NCBI GenBank assembly: GCA_022844165.1
Contig: JALHMH010000007.1
Coordinates: 32,001 to 96,000, forward strand
DNA: 64,000 nucleotides
Direction: 5' to 3'
From: Lysobacterales bacterium
Lineage (GTDB): Bacteria > Pseudomonadota > Gammaproteobacteria > Xanthomonadales > SZUA-5
Shown: positions 1-10,075 of the stretch, piece after piece
How the letters are laid out: each line of letters opens with the position of its first letter
Numbering within the stretch: position 1 is the stretch's first letter
Made by a program: the position numbers and the translations under genes
The notes under the pieces: generated by a model
Database searches by the model: none
Told to the model about the DNA's origin: nothing
What the model saw: the letters and a program-made list of their open reading frames with translations, nothing else

Positions 1-510
1 CCTGCCGTACCGATTCCCACAACCACCGCGGCGGCCACTATCCACCGAACTGGACTCGCTTGTGTGGTTTGCCGTTCATCCCGCGCGATTTTGAGTTGCC
101 CTAACAGATCGCCCTGACTCATCGCTTCGTTAACCCTGACTTGGATGGTGCAATGCTCGCACGCAGCGCGTTGCGCTGCCGTGTAACAAGACTCGCTCAA
201 CACTTTGTGCTCTTGTAGTGACTAACGTCATTCGAGCGCATGCGTTGTCGCCGGGCTCAGCCAGACTGTCGGGCGAAACGCCGATCAGCAACGGAACCCC
301 GGCTGCACCCAAAACCGAGTGAAATGCCAAGGCCCGTGCGTAAAGTGAACGGTCGAAACGACGCCACTGGCGGCTCTCCGCGAGACGACTTGTCCGTCTC
401 CACAATGAGCAGGCCCTGCTCATCTCGCTGAGCCGCTCGGGCGCATATTGACAAACTACCGCCCCATTGTGCTCTGTCGCGGCCGAACAGACTTCCGCTT
501 GCCTTTTCGA

Positions 511-540
511 TTGTCATCGACCCATTGAAGCCGCTACTAT
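511..540 (+). promoter_or_regulatory. putative sigma70 promoter for tRNA-Ser/ffs
   Basis: TTGTCA-N18-TACTAT ending 18 nt upstream of the tRNA. Confidence 0.45.
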
Positions 541-558
541 TACCGGCTCGTTCGAATT

Positions 559-651
559 GGAGAGATGTCCGAGCGGTTGAAGGAGCACGCCTGGAAAGTG
601 TGTAAACGGCTAAACCCCGTTTCGAGGGTTCGAATCCCTCTCTCTCCGCCA
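559..651 (+). tRNA. tRNA-Ser (anticodon GGA)
   Basis: GGAGAGA/TCTCTCC acceptor stem, CACGC-CT-GGA-AA-GTGTG anticodon arm, long variable arm, GGTTCGAATCC T-arm, encoded CCA. Confidence 0.97.
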
Positions 652-688
652 GTTCAATTGAGATTGCGCTTTGGCAATCAACGCTTAT

Positions 689-801
689 GGCGGCCCTTGT
701 CGGTCCCCTCGCGTCATAAGGTCGCTAACCCCGCCAGGCCCGGAAGGGAGCAACGGTCGCGATTGCAGTGAGCGCCGGGGTGTGGCTGGCAAGGGTTGCC
801 A
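689..801 (+). ncRNA. ffs: signal recognition particle 4.5S RNA
   Basis: Terminal stem GGCGGCCCTTGT...GCAAGGGTTGCC enclosing the SRP helix-8 core GCCAGGCCCGGAAGGGAGCAAC (GGAA tetraloop). Confidence 0.93.
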
Positions 802-914
802 CCTGTTCGAGTCGTTTGCACGACAATCGTCCTGACGAAAATAACTCCGATAACTTCTGGGACACGACACCTACTTGCATAACCCCCGATTGTACTCAGA
901 GGCGATTGGCGCGC

Positions 915-1310
915 TCAGCGCCAGGCGCGAACCGCAGTAATAGCCAACGCTATTGTGAAGATGAGCAACGCCGCGATGGGCGATGTCAAAGGCCTCGAAA
1001 GTGCAGGAAAGCACTTTCTCAACATCGTGCTATCGCCATCACTACGGACTCTGATCGACAAAGCCCGTGGCGGCTCGACGCAACTCCGTCGCGCCGAGGC
1101 TGCGATGTAATTCCTGCTCGGCGGTGCGAAGAGCTGAGTCGCGGAATTGACGTTGCTGTCGATCTCAAAGCGCTGCCCGTTCGCTTCCTGCTGAATCCAC
1201 CGCGCATCTTCCTTCAGATAGATGTGACCGGCACGGCCATACCTTTGTGCTTCGACACTGCTCGCACCGGCAAGAAGGATGACTGTGACGGCTAATGGGA
1301 TTGAGGACAA
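915..1310 (-). CDS. hypothetical small exported/membrane protein, possibly a remnant
   Basis: Signal-peptide-like N-terminus (LAVTVILLAGASSVEA) and hydrophobic C-terminus ending in Arg; no family recognised. Confidence 0.3.
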   Translation of the reverse strand: MSSIPLAVTVILLAGASSVEAQRYGRAGHIYLKEDARWIQQEANGQRFEIDSNVNSATQLFAPPSRNYIAASARRSCVEPPRALSIRVRSDGDSTMLRKCFPALSRPLTSPIAALLIFTIALAITAVRAWR

Positions 1311-1411
1311 GAACGCAGTCGCCTGACTGGCATCCGATTGCGGTTACGCGGCCAACAGGGAAGATAGAGGAGTTTTCGCCGCCTTCTAACTTCCTCGAGG
1401 TGTAGCGCTTG

Positions 1412-2335
1412 TTAGCGCTGTGGTGCCGTTGGCTTTGCTGGTTTAACTGGTTTGGCCGGTTTGCCCGGCTTGGGCTGAACCGGTTCGGACGTCGCCGGCG
1501 GCGACGCGCTGGTCGCAACGGTAGGTGCGGTCGCTGCGGGGGGCAATGGGATGAAACCCATCTCGGCCATCGCTCCACGCACGATGTCGAGTCGCGCGGT
1601 GCCGAAATCGGCGACCGCCTTGGCGTCGATGTTCATGGCGTAGTACCACACTTTGCCGGGTCGTTCGACGAAGCCGATTAACCATCCCAGGTACTTGGTA
1701 CCAGTCGCGTCATGGGCGCAGGTGCCGGGCATGCCGTAAATGGTGTAGTCCGGCGTGCGTTCCTGGACCATGGCCTCTTTAACGAGCTTGGTTGCGTTGG
1801 GCGAAAAGCCCAGGCGGCCTTCGCGAAATCCGCGCACAAAGTCGACTTGTTCAAGACCGGTGATCCGCAATGAACTGGTGTTCCAGAATTTGTCGAGCCC
1901 GCCGCTGATATCGGCATTTCCGTACTTGATGCGCTTCAGGTGTTGCGCCAATTTGACGTTACCGATCCGTGTCGACAACTCGCCGGCATACCAGGGTACC
2001 GAATCTCTGAGCGCCGATTCGAAGGTGTGGTCGCGCCGCCATACTTCTGGCCAGGTCGACGCCGCCGGGTGTTTGTTTGGATCGAAAACGATTTTCGTCG
2101 TGTTGTCTTTGATCGCGCCTGTACCGAGCGCAATCGCCGTATGCGGCCACAAATAAGTCTCGCAGGGCGTCAGTCGCTCCGCCAGTCGCGGCGTATTGAC
2201 ACGAAACGACAGCTTGGTTTGTGCATCATAAATTTCCAAAGCGCCGTAACGACCCTTGAACTGGCCGGAGAGCATCGCCGCGTGTGCGGCAGAACTGGAA
2301 AACAGTGCGGCGAGAAACAAGGCAGTGCGAAACAT
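1412..2335 (-). CDS. class D beta-lactamase/BlaR1-like transpeptidase-fold protein with degenerate active site
   Basis: Signal peptide; OXA-like segments IALGTG, DSVPWY (SxV), YGN, FW..LRIT..EQVDF, GWLIGFVE; SxxK position reads PCETYL, KTG position reads MPG; Pro/Ala/Lys tail. Confidence 0.85.
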   Translation of the reverse strand: MFRTALFLAALFSSSAAHAAMLSGQFKGRYGALEIYDAQTKLSFRVNTPRLAERLTPCETYLWPHTAIALGTGAIKDNTTKIVFDPNKHPAASTWPEVWRRDHTFESALRDSVPWYAGELSTRIGNVKLAQHLKRIKYGNADISGGLDKFWNTSSLRITGLEQVDFVRGFREGRLGFSPNATKLVKEAMVQERTPDYTIYGMPGTCAHDATGTKYLGWLIGFVERPGKVWYYAMNIDAKAVADFGTARLDIVRGAMAEMGFIPLPPAATAPTVATSASPPATSEPVQPKPGKPAKPVKPAKPTAPQR

Positions 2336-2503
2336 GGGATCAGTCGGGCCTGTCGATTCGGAGGGGCGCTGGCGAGTCGTTGAATGACGCGCAACGCATT
2401 CGCGGATTCTAACCCCGTGCAGTTTGAATCACCTACTGCGCGGGCAGATGGCGACGTTGAACCTAACCCACTATTCTCTGCGCGCCCAGGCATCAGCCCG
2501 ACC

Positions 2504-4474
2504 ATGCTCAATCCGCAACAACTCGCTGCCGTCGAATATCTTGCCGGACCCTTGCTCGTGCTTGCTGGCGCTGGCTCAGGAAAAACGCGGGTCATCACCG
2601 AAAAAATCGCGCGGTTGTTGAAGACCGGCTTGTACTTGCCGAACGAGATCGCCGCCATCACGTTCACCAACAAAGCGGCACGTGAAATGCAAGCGCGCAT
2701 TGGCAAAGCGGCAGGCGCACAAACGGTCGAAGGGCTCACGATCAGCACGTTTCACGCATTGGGTTTGCGGCTCCTGGAGCGCGAGTGCACGGCCGTCGGT
2801 TTGCGGCGCGGCTTCTCGATACTCGGCGAGGACGATGCGCGTACGCTGATCAAGGACCTGGCGCCGGCCGGCACCGGCAATGAGCAACTGGACGCCATGC
2901 GCGCACTGATTGGTCGCGCCAAGAATGCCGGGCTTGATGCCACGCAGGCGTTGGCGGCGGCGGGCTCGCCGCGGGAGCGCGCGGCGGCGGAGCTGTATGC
3001 GTTGTACCAGCAACGACTTCTGGCATTCAATGCGGTCGACTTCGACGATCTGATCGCATTGCCAGTGCGCCTGTTGTCCAATGACGATGAGCGCCGCCAA
3101 CGATGGCAGCAGCGCTGGCGTTACCTGCTGGTCGACGAATACCAGGACACCAACGATGCCCAGTATCGACTCTTGAAGCTGCTGGTGGGCGAGCGCGGCG
3201 CGTTCACGGCGGTCGGCGACGACGACCAGTCGATCTACGCCTGGCGGGGGGCGAACCCTGAGAACCTGGCGAACATCGGCAAAGATTTTCCGGCACTGAA
3301 GGTCGTCAAACTCGAACAGAACTACCGATGTGCGCAACGCATCCTGCGGCTCGCCAATCGACTGATTGCGAACAATCCGCATGTGCACGAGAAAAAACTG
3401 TGGAGCGCGCTGCCCGAAGGCGATCCGATTCGCATCGTCGCGCGATCCAGCGATAGCGATGAAGCCGAGTTCGTCGCGGCGGAAGTCAACCATCGGAAGC
3501 TGGTCGAGCGCGGTTCGCCGTCCGACTTCGCCGTGTTGTTCCGCGGGAATCATCAAGCGCGTGCTCTGGAACTGGCGTTGCGCGCGCTGAAAATCCCTTA
3601 CCACTTGTCGGGTGCGACGTCGTTCTTCGATCGCCAAGAGATCAAAGATGTGATGGCCTATCTGCGACTGCTGGCAAATCCCGACGATGACGCCGCATTT
3701 GTGCGCGCCGCGACGACGCCCAGACGCGACATCGGCACCACGTCGCTCGAAAAACTCGCCGCTGCCGCACGTCACGGCGCACATTCGTTGAGCGCCGCCG
3801 CGGCTAACAGCGCCGCGCTCGCAACGCTCGCACCACGCGCGGCGCGTGCCCTGGCCAGTTTTCACCAGCATTTGCTCGGATGGCGCAGCGCCGCCCAAAC
3901 GCTCAAGCCGCGCGCATTGATCGAGAAGATCATCGCCGAGACCCAGCTCAAACAACATTGGCGCCAGGAAGCGAAGGCACCCGATGCAGCGCTGCGGCGC
4001 GAAGCTCAGGTCGATGCCTTTCTCGAGTGGGTGGGCGAGCGCCGCGAAACTCAGCTCAGTGCATTACTGACGCAGCTCATGCTCGACAGTCAGGACAGCG
4101 ACCCGGGCAATCGTGTGCGCTTAATGACTCTGCACAGCGCCAAGGGCCTTGAGTTCCGGCACGTGTTCCTCGTCGGCTGTGAGGATGGATTGTTGCCGCA
4201 CGTTTCGTCGCTGGACGAGGGCCGCGAAGATGAAGAGCGGCGTTTGTTCTATGTCGGCATTACCCGCGCCAAAGAAACGCTGACGCTAAGCTGGTGCCGC
4301 TCGCGCAGCCGCTACGGACGCGAAGAAGCGTGCACACCGTCGCGATTCCTCAAGGAACTCCCTGAAGACGACGTGCGCCACTCAGGACAGAACCCCGGGA
4401 ACCAGAGCGCCGAAGACAAGCAACGCGCTGCGCGCCCGCATCTGGATGCCATCAAGGCATTGCTCGGCGCTTGA
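2504..4474 (+). CDS. rep: ATP-dependent DNA helicase Rep (UvrD family)
   Basis: LNPQQ, AGAGSGKT, FTNKAA, DEYQDTN, VGDDDQSIY, LEQNYR, TLHSAKGLEF, EERRLFYVGITRA. Confidence 0.92.
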   Translation: MLNPQQLAAVEYLAGPLLVLAGAGSGKTRVITEKIARLLKTGLYLPNEIAAITFTNKAAREMQARIGKAAGAQTVEGLTISTFHALGLRLLERECTAVGLRRGFSILGEDDARTLIKDLAPAGTGNEQLDAMRALIGRAKNAGLDATQALAAAGSPRERAAAELYALYQQRLLAFNAVDFDDLIALPVRLLSNDDERRQRWQQRWRYLLVDEYQDTNDAQYRLLKLLVGERGAFTAVGDDDQSIYAWRGANPENLANIGKDFPALKVVKLEQNYRCAQRILRLANRLIANNPHVHEKKLWSALPEGDPIRIVARSSDSDEAEFVAAEVNHRKLVERGSPSDFAVLFRGNHQARALELALRALKIPYHLSGATSFFDRQEIKDVMAYLRLLANPDDDAAFVRAATTPRRDIGTTSLEKLAAAARHGAHSLSAAAANSAALATLAPRAARALASFHQHLLGWRSAAQTLKPRALIEKIIAETQLKQHWRQEAKAPDAALRREAQVDAFLEWVGERRETQLSALLTQLMLDSQDSDPGNRVRLMTLHSAKGLEFRHVFLVGCEDGLLPHVSSLDEGREDEERRLFYVGITRAKETLTLSWCRSRSRYGREEACTPSRFLKELPEDDVRHSGQNPGNQSAEDKQRAARPHLDAIKALLGA

Positions 4475-4664
4475 GGTTTTGCTGCGTAGGCGCAATGCGC
4501 TTCGATCGCTTCAGATTGGCCGTAAGAATTCCCGGATCGAAGAACTGCGCTGCCATGGCGAACACCACAGAAAGCGCAGAACTTCCAAACGTTATGCGGT
4601 CTTCAACCATGACGCAGGCGCTCCGCCGACTTGCAGTCAGTTCGCGGGGCTATCCCAAAGACCG

Positions 4665-5909
4665 CTAACCGCCCGTTGTGATTGCTGGCTCTGAGGTTGG
4701 AGCAGCGGCTTCCGTCGCAACCGGCGGTGCCGCGTTGGGATCCGGCAGGCCGAGCGGCAGAAACACGCGTGTCACCTCGACCATTTCCGGTTCCGCATCG
4801 GCTGCGTCTTCCGCTGTTGCCGCCTCTGCGACAGCTGCGTCGGCTGGCGCCGCATCGGCCGGCGGCGCGCCATCGGGCGCTGCCGACGCATCGGCAGGTG
4901 CGGCCTCCGTGGCGAGAACTGCGGGGCGATCCGGTAGGAACTCTTCGATCGGCTTGGCGCGTGGATCGAAAGCCATGCCGAAGATGGTCGCGTACGCCTG
5001 AAGTTTTTCAAAGGTGACATTGCTGCGGCGACGCTCGCCGACATGTTCGGCGACCAACATGCTGCCACCTGGCGTCTGCACCGCCTGAATATCGTCGCGC
5101 ATAGGGACATCGTTGCGATCGACAGGAACGGTGACATCGAATGCCAGACGATAACGTTCCTTGAGAGTGACCTGAACCTGCGCCGGGCCAGTAATGTTGA
5201 TGTTGCTGCGCGTCGCGAACGCTGATAGCGCTTTCATCGTGTCCGCCACGCCAGCGTTCAGATCGGGGAACTCGGTGGCGCTATACACCTCAACAAGACC
5301 GCTCAACTTCAAAGCCGGTTGCGACAAAATCTCTTGCTGTGCGATTTGAATATCGCTGTAGTCGCGAGCGTAGGCACTGGATTCAACCAGGGCCTTAAAG
5401 CGCATCAACCCGTACTGGAAATCCGCCCCAACCGAAGAGTCCAAATAGCGTCCCTTGATCCTTTCGATCGGATTGGCGCCTAGTTCCACGTCGTACGCCC
5501 AGGTCACCTTGACGCCAAGATCGGAGGGCTCGACTTGGTAAGAGATCGAGCCGGTGCGCCCACCGGTCACCACCTGCGTCATTTTGATCGAACTGGTGGG
5601 CGTGCTTTCGATGATCTCGAGATGACCGGCGCCAATATCCGGGTTGCCCGACCATTCCATTCGTGCGCCTTGGCCGCGATCCGGACCCGCGAACGTGAAA
5701 CTGGCCGCAGGGTCCTTCTTCGCCCAGGGCGACCACTCGTTGAAGCGCTTGAAGCTGTTCAACACATCGAAAATGTGGCTCGACGGCCGCTCGATGATGA
5801 TCGACCTTTCGACATGACCATGGCCGCCGCCCGGCAAAAACAAGCCGATCAACAGCAGAACGACGATGGTCAAGATGACCGCGAGCACAAACTCAATGAG
5901 TGAACGCAT
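4665..5909 (-). CDS. membrane-anchored SRPBCC (polyketide cyclase-like) protein with GyrI-like C-terminal domain
   Basis: N-terminal TM; VERSIII, WSPW, G.GARMEW, GADFQYGLMRFKALVE; C-terminal HVG..., PIEEFL and TRVFLPL; Ala/Pro/Asp-rich insert. Confidence 0.75.
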   Translation of the reverse strand: MRSLIEFVLAVILTIVVLLLIGLFLPGGGHGHVERSIIIERPSSHIFDVLNSFKRFNEWSPWAKKDPAASFTFAGPDRGQGARMEWSGNPDIGAGHLEIIESTPTSSIKMTQVVTGGRTGSISYQVEPSDLGVKVTWAYDVELGANPIERIKGRYLDSSVGADFQYGLMRFKALVESSAYARDYSDIQIAQQEILSQPALKLSGLVEVYSATEFPDLNAGVADTMKALSAFATRSNINITGPAQVQVTLKERYRLAFDVTVPVDRNDVPMRDDIQAVQTPGGSMLVAEHVGERRRSNVTFEKLQAYATIFGMAFDPRAKPIEEFLPDRPAVLATEAAPADASAAPDGAPPADAAPADAAVAEAATAEDAADAEPEMVEVTRVFLPLGLPDPNAAPPVATEAAAPTSEPAITTGG

Positions 5910-6006
5910 CCGACAACTCCCAAGTATTCAACGAGCGCTTCATGCGCCCGCAAGACGCGAAATGCTAATAGTTCTGAGGCTTCAGCGCCACGGCGTTAAT
6001 AAAAAC

Positions 6007-6393
6007 TCAAGCTTCTACCACGTTCCGGTACGCGACGGCATCCAACAAAGCTGAGAATTCGGCCGGATCGTTGGGCTGCAGTCGGAACAGCCAGCCGTTC
6101 TGGTAGGGCGACTGATTGACCGTCTCGGGCGCGTCGCTGAGCGCATCGTTAATGGCAATCACGGTACCGGACACCGGAGCGTACACGTCTGACGCTGCTT
6201 TCACCGACTCAACCACTGCGCATGCTTTCCCGGCGGTGACCGCGCTTGCCAGCGCCGGAGTCTCGACGAACACCAAATCGCCCAGCAGTTCCTGAGCATG
6301 GTCGGAGATTCCCACTGTCACAGTACCATCTGCCTCTTGTCGCGCCCATTCGTGCGATTTCAGATACCGAAGATCATCGGGAATAGCGCTCAT
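6007..6393 (-). CDS. gcvH: glycine cleavage system H protein
   Basis: [22 protein letters not shown], lipoyl-lysine [18 protein letters not shown]. Confidence 0.96.
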   Translation of the reverse strand: MSAIPDDLRYLKSHEWARQEADGTVTVGISDHAQELLGDLVFVETPALASAVTAGKACAVVESVKAASDVYAPVSGTVIAINDALSDAPETVNQSPYQNGWLFRLQPNDPAEFSALLDAVAYRNVVEA

Positions 6394-6483
6394 CGGGTTT
6401 CCAGTTAGTTGGGATACGGCAGGATAACAAGCCTGTCAGAAAACGCACGCCTTGGTTGATCTTCGGGCAAAGCTTGCGGGCTG

Positions 6484-7167
6484 TTACTTGTCTTTGGCTA
6501 CCTGATCACACCCGCGCAAGGCCGCAAACCGGCGCCGCGCGCTACGCGCCACACGCTTGTCGTTCGCTACGACGTCCAGGTCGTCATGGGTATCCAGGTC
6601 GTGCACGGATGCGAGCTCTATGAGTGGTGTTTCGGGTGCGACAGAGTCAACAAACAACTGTGCGGTATCGGACTGAGCGTAAGGAACAGCCGACCATGGA
6701 GCCTGGCTCAAATCGATGTTGGCTCCGAACAGCCCAAAGCCACCATCGCTGGCTCTGGCGATCACGCGCATCGGGCCGTTACCGAGCCCTGCGGCGGCCG
6801 CTTGCAGGTGTTCCTTAGCGATCGTAGGGACGTCAGCACCCAGCAGGATCACGCCCCGATAGCGTCGCCGCAGCGCCTGGTACACGTAGCGCATCCGCGC
6901 CCCGAGATCATCGCCGAATTGAGGGATGGTTGGCCAACCGCGCCACAGGCCGAGGGCGCTGGGCTCGGCGACCGCCCACCACGGATCGATGAGACCATCC
7001 CGCGAGGCTGCCTTCACAGCACGGCGCACGCAAATCAGCGAAAGATAAAAGCAACGCCTCGCCGCCAGCACACCGATGCTCTGCGCCAGCCGAGTCTTGA
7101 TGGGGCTGAAACCTGGCGTTTTGACGAACACGGCGACAGCGATCGAAGCCGCTTCGCGCTCCTCCAT
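6484..7167 (-). CDS. DUF2064/CofC-like nucleotide-diphospho-sugar transferase family protein
   Basis: FVKTP..IKTRLA, Q.GDDLGARM, LLGADVP, ASDGGFGL, DLDT..D. Confidence 0.8.
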   Translation of the reverse strand: MEEREAASIAVAVFVKTPGFSPIKTRLAQSIGVLAARRCFYLSLICVRRAVKAASRDGLIDPWWAVAEPSALGLWRGWPTIPQFGDDLGARMRYVYQALRRRYRGVILLGADVPTIAKEHLQAAAAGLGNGPMRVIARASDGGFGLFGANIDLSQAPWSAVPYAQSDTAQLFVDSVAPETPLIELASVHDLDTHDDLDVVANDKRVARSARRRFAALRGCDQVAKDK

Positions 7168-7178
7168 CGACTGGCCGC

Positions 7179-7505
7179 TCAATGCCGCAAGCTGAGCCGA
7201 CCGACGAGAATGTCCTTGAACATCACCCAATCACCCATCAGGCTCCACCAAGGATGCTTGAAGGTTGCGGGCCGGTTCTTTTCGAACACAAAATGTCCCA
7301 CCCATGCAAACCCGTAGCCCATCAACGGAATCGCCGCCAGCCACCACGGATTGCCGCTGATGGCAGCCGCCGCCAGTAGCACCAGTACGCCGAAACTGCC
7401 GACGAAATGCAGGCGCCTGCAGTTCACGTCGCGATGTTCGGAGAGGTAGTACGGATAGAACTCGGCGAAGCTGGTAAAGCTGCGATAGGGAACGGCTTCG
7501 ATCAT
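7179..7505 (-). CDS. DUF962 (Mpo1-like) membrane protein
   Basis: FYPYYLSEH, RRLHFVG, GYGFAWVGHFVFEKNRPATFKHP. Confidence 0.9.
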   Translation of the reverse strand: MIEAVPYRSFTSFAEFYPYYLSEHRDVNCRRLHFVGSFGVLVLLAAAAISGNPWWLAAIPLMGYGFAWVGHFVFEKNRPATFKHPWWSLMGDWVMFKDILVGRLSLRH

Positions 7506-7623
7506 GGCGACAGGTCCAATATCCTGGTGGGGCGATCGTCGCGCAGTGCAGCCGCTACGTCAACGTGCCGGCGCCTGCCGCGTTGTGGGTGATTGCCACC
7601 GCAGGCATATCGGAGATGATCAA

Positions 7624-8001
7624 ATGAACAAGATTCTCATTGTTACCCTCAGTGCCGTGCTGGCCCTGGGCAGTGTCGCCGCCGTCGCATCGGCAGAAGC
7701 CAGTTCCAAAAGCGAACGTATGCAACTGCGCCAGCAGGCCCGCATGTCGGCGCTCGGCGATCCGGCACGGGCGGCAATGGCGCAGTTGCGCTGGATCGAA
7801 CGAATCTACCTGCGCCAGAACCAACCGCAAGCCGCACAGACTCTATATCGCGATGTGCTCGAACGCACGCAGGATCCGGCGCTGCGCAATTTCGCCAATG
7901 TTCGATTGGCTCGACTTGCCGCATGGCAACCGCGAAACCTCGACGCCGCACTGGCCGAGCTCAAGCGCGGACTCGATGAGAACCTGGCGCAACTGCGCTA
8001 A
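7624..8001 (+). CDS. hypothetical secreted helical (TPR-like) protein
   Basis: GGAG upstream; signal peptide MNKILIVTLSAVLALGSVAAVASA; amphipathic helices. Confidence 0.7.
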   Translation: MNKILIVTLSAVLALGSVAAVASAEASSKSERMQLRQQARMSALGDPARAAMAQLRWIERIYLRQNQPQAAQTLYRDVLERTQDPALRNFANVRLARLAAWQPRNLDAALAELKRGLDENLAQLR

Positions 8002-8117
8002 CAACAGGACTGTTGTATCGAATCCGGCAAGGCGGTTCGCCGAGCGCCAACGATCCGCCTTGCCCAGCCGTTCTGGCCCGCGCATGCTTCGATATCTGCG
8101 AACGCAAGGAACCGGCG

Positions 8118-9335
8118 ATGACGGAACGGCATTGGGTGGGCACGTATCACGGTGTCATCGCCATTTGCGCGATGCTGGTGTTGATGATCAGCAACGGGCT
8201 GATTCTCTCGGGACTAGGTCCGTTTCGCCCGGCGTTGATTGCCGAGTTCGGCTGGACCGCGGCGCAGATTTCCAGCGGCGAGTTGATCACCTTCCTGCTG
8301 CTCGGTGTGTTCGCGCCGTTCATCGGCATTCTGATCGATCGCTTCGGTACGCGCGTGCTGATGCAGATCGGACTGCTCGCGTTGGCGGCCGGATATTTTT
8401 TGTACGGCAGGCTCGACAGTCTGACGACGCTGTATGCGATTCACGTGTTGTTTGCGATTGTATTGGCGCTGGCAGGTTTGGTGCCTGTAGTGGCACTGGT
8501 TTCGCGCTGGTTTGACGCTGATCGTGGCACAGCGATCGGTCTGGCGTTGGTGGGATCGAGCCTGGCGTCATTCGTTTTTCCACCGCTCGCCGAGAAGTGG
8601 TTGATTCCCACCTATGGCTGGCGTGCCGCGTTCCAATACGAAGCGATTGCTGCCGTCATTGGTTTTGTCATCGTGGTCCTGCTGGTGCGCTCATCGCCCG
8701 CGGAAACGAGTATGAAGCCCTATGGCGCTCGCGCTGCGGCACCACTGCGCAGCGCCGATCTACCGGGCCTGACGGTCGGCGAAACCGTCCGGACACTCAC
8801 GTTCTGGGTGCTCGGCGCGTGCGCGTTCCTGACGTTTTTCGCGATGCTCGGTACGCTCTACCAGCTGCCGATTTATCTGGGCACCGTTGGCGTCAAGGAA
8901 ATTTCGCTGGGTTATATGGCGATGCTCGGCGCCGCGTTGATTGGCAAATTTTTGTTCGGGTTCCTGGCCGATCGTCTCGGGCCAAAACGCGTGTTCATTG
9001 CCAATCTCGCCGTGATGGCCATTGGCGCTGCGCTATTGGCGATGGCCACACCCGGCAGTGTTTTTGCCGCGCTGGCCGTCTTCGGTGTTGGCTGGGGCGG
9101 CTTGTATACGATGCTGCAACTGTTGACGGTGCAGAACTTCGGCCTCAGGTCGACCGGGAAAATTATGGGGCTCGTGGCGATTTTCGACTGCGTCGGCGGT
9201 GGCCTTGGAAGTTATGTCATGGCCAGCATTTTTGATGCAACACAAAGCTATCGACCGGCGTTCTGGATGTTGTCCGGCATGATTGTGGTTGCGCTGTTGG
9301 CAGCAACGCGCATCCGCCAGGAGTTCCGTGCGTGA
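8118..9335 (+). CDS. MFS transporter (OFA/monocarboxylate-like)
   Basis: About 12 hydrophobic segments; motif A twice ([20 protein letters not shown]); WF...RGTAIG. Confidence 0.92.
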   Translation: MTERHWVGTYHGVIAICAMLVLMISNGLILSGLGPFRPALIAEFGWTAAQISSGELITFLLLGVFAPFIGILIDRFGTRVLMQIGLLALAAGYFLYGRLDSLTTLYAIHVLFAIVLALAGLVPVVALVSRWFDADRGTAIGLALVGSSLASFVFPPLAEKWLIPTYGWRAAFQYEAIAAVIGFVIVVLLVRSSPAETSMKPYGARAAAPLRSADLPGLTVGETVRTLTFWVLGACAFLTFFAMLGTLYQLPIYLGTVGVKEISLGYMAMLGAALIGKFLFGFLADRLGPKRVFIANLAVMAIGAALLAMATPGSVFAALAVFGVGWGGLYTMLQLLTVQNFGLRSTGKIMGLVAIFDCVGGGLGSYVMASIFDATQSYRPAFWMLSGMIVVALLAATRIRQEFRA

Positions 9336-10000
9336 AGGCCGTGCTGTTGTTATCCGGAGGCCTGGACTCGGCCACCGTGCTGGCGATGGCGCGGGCGGAA
9401 GGGCGGGAGGTACATGCACTGAGCGTCGACTACGGACAACGTCATCGTGCCGAGCTGGATGCCTCACGACGCGTCGCCGCTGCCCTCGGTGCGGCGAGCC
9501 ACCGCATCATTCCCCTCGATCTGCGCACCATTGGCGGCTCGGCGTTGACCGACGATGCCATTGCCGTCCCCGAGACGCCCACCAGCGGCATCCCCGTCAC
9601 CTACGTACCGGCGCGAAATACGCTGATGTTGGCACTCGCGCTGGGCCATGCCGAAGTCGTTGGGGCCAGCGAGATTTACATCGGCGTCAACGCGGTCGAC
9701 TACTCCGGTTATCCCGATTGCCGACCCGAGTTCATCGCCGCTTTCGAGCGCCTCGCGCAACTGGCGACGCGTGTCGGCGTGGAAGGTCAGGCGATCGCAG
9801 TTCGTGCGCCGATTATCGAGATGAGCAAGGGTCAGATCATCCAGGCCGGTACCGCGCTTGGCGTCGACTATGGCTTGACAGTGAGCTGTTATCAGGCGAC
9901 CGCCGACGGATTGGCCTGCGGGCGCTGCGACTCTTGTCGGTTGCGACGCCAGGGCTTTGCCGATGCGGGTGTGCCCGACCCGACACGCTATCTGCGTTGA
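9332..10000 (+). CDS. queC: 7-cyano-7-deazaguanine synthase
   Basis: [31 protein letters not shown]...CGRCDSC; GTGA overlap with MFS stop. Confidence 0.96.
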   Translation: MKAVLLLSGGLDSATVLAMARAEGREVHALSVDYGQRHRAELDASRRVAAALGAASHRIIPLDLRTIGGSALTDDAIAVPETPTSGIPVTYVPARNTLMLALALGHAEVVGASEIYIGVNAVDYSGYPDCRPEFIAAFERLAQLATRVGVEGQAIAVRAPIIEMSKGQIIQAGTALGVDYGLTVSCYQATADGLACGRCDSCRLRRQGFADAGVPDPTRYLR

Positions 10001-10075
10001 AGATCTTCCAGGCAGCCGATGCAATTCCAGAGAGCGCCAACGTCCTCATCGGCAGGTGCCCGGTGCCCAAGCCCC

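Noticed and set aside
1-104. Possible 3' end of a CDS (frame 3, ...WTRLCGLPFIPRDFELP*)
   Set aside because: Too short to assign; other frames are equally open
130-517. Short ORFs upstream of tRNA-Ser
   Set aside because: No recognisable motifs; they run up to the likely promoter region
565-870. ORFs overlapping tRNA-Ser and ffs
   Set aside because: Explained by the RNA genes
630-1400. Island integrated at tRNA-Ser/ffs
   Set aside because: No integrase and no duplicated tRNA-Ser or ffs 3' end noticed in the window
1412-2335. Functional OXA-type resistance gene
   Set aside because: Catalytic Ser, Lys and KTG are absent
2576-3958. 460-aa antisense ORF within rep, and similar long shadows (20166-21179, 45475-47508, 40560-41351)
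   Set aside because: Antisense open frames are expected opposite GC-rich genes; no protein motifs
6394-6483. Glycine riboswitch upstream of gcvH
   Set aside because: The gap is only 90 nt and lacks the GGAGA...CTCTCAGG aptamer signature
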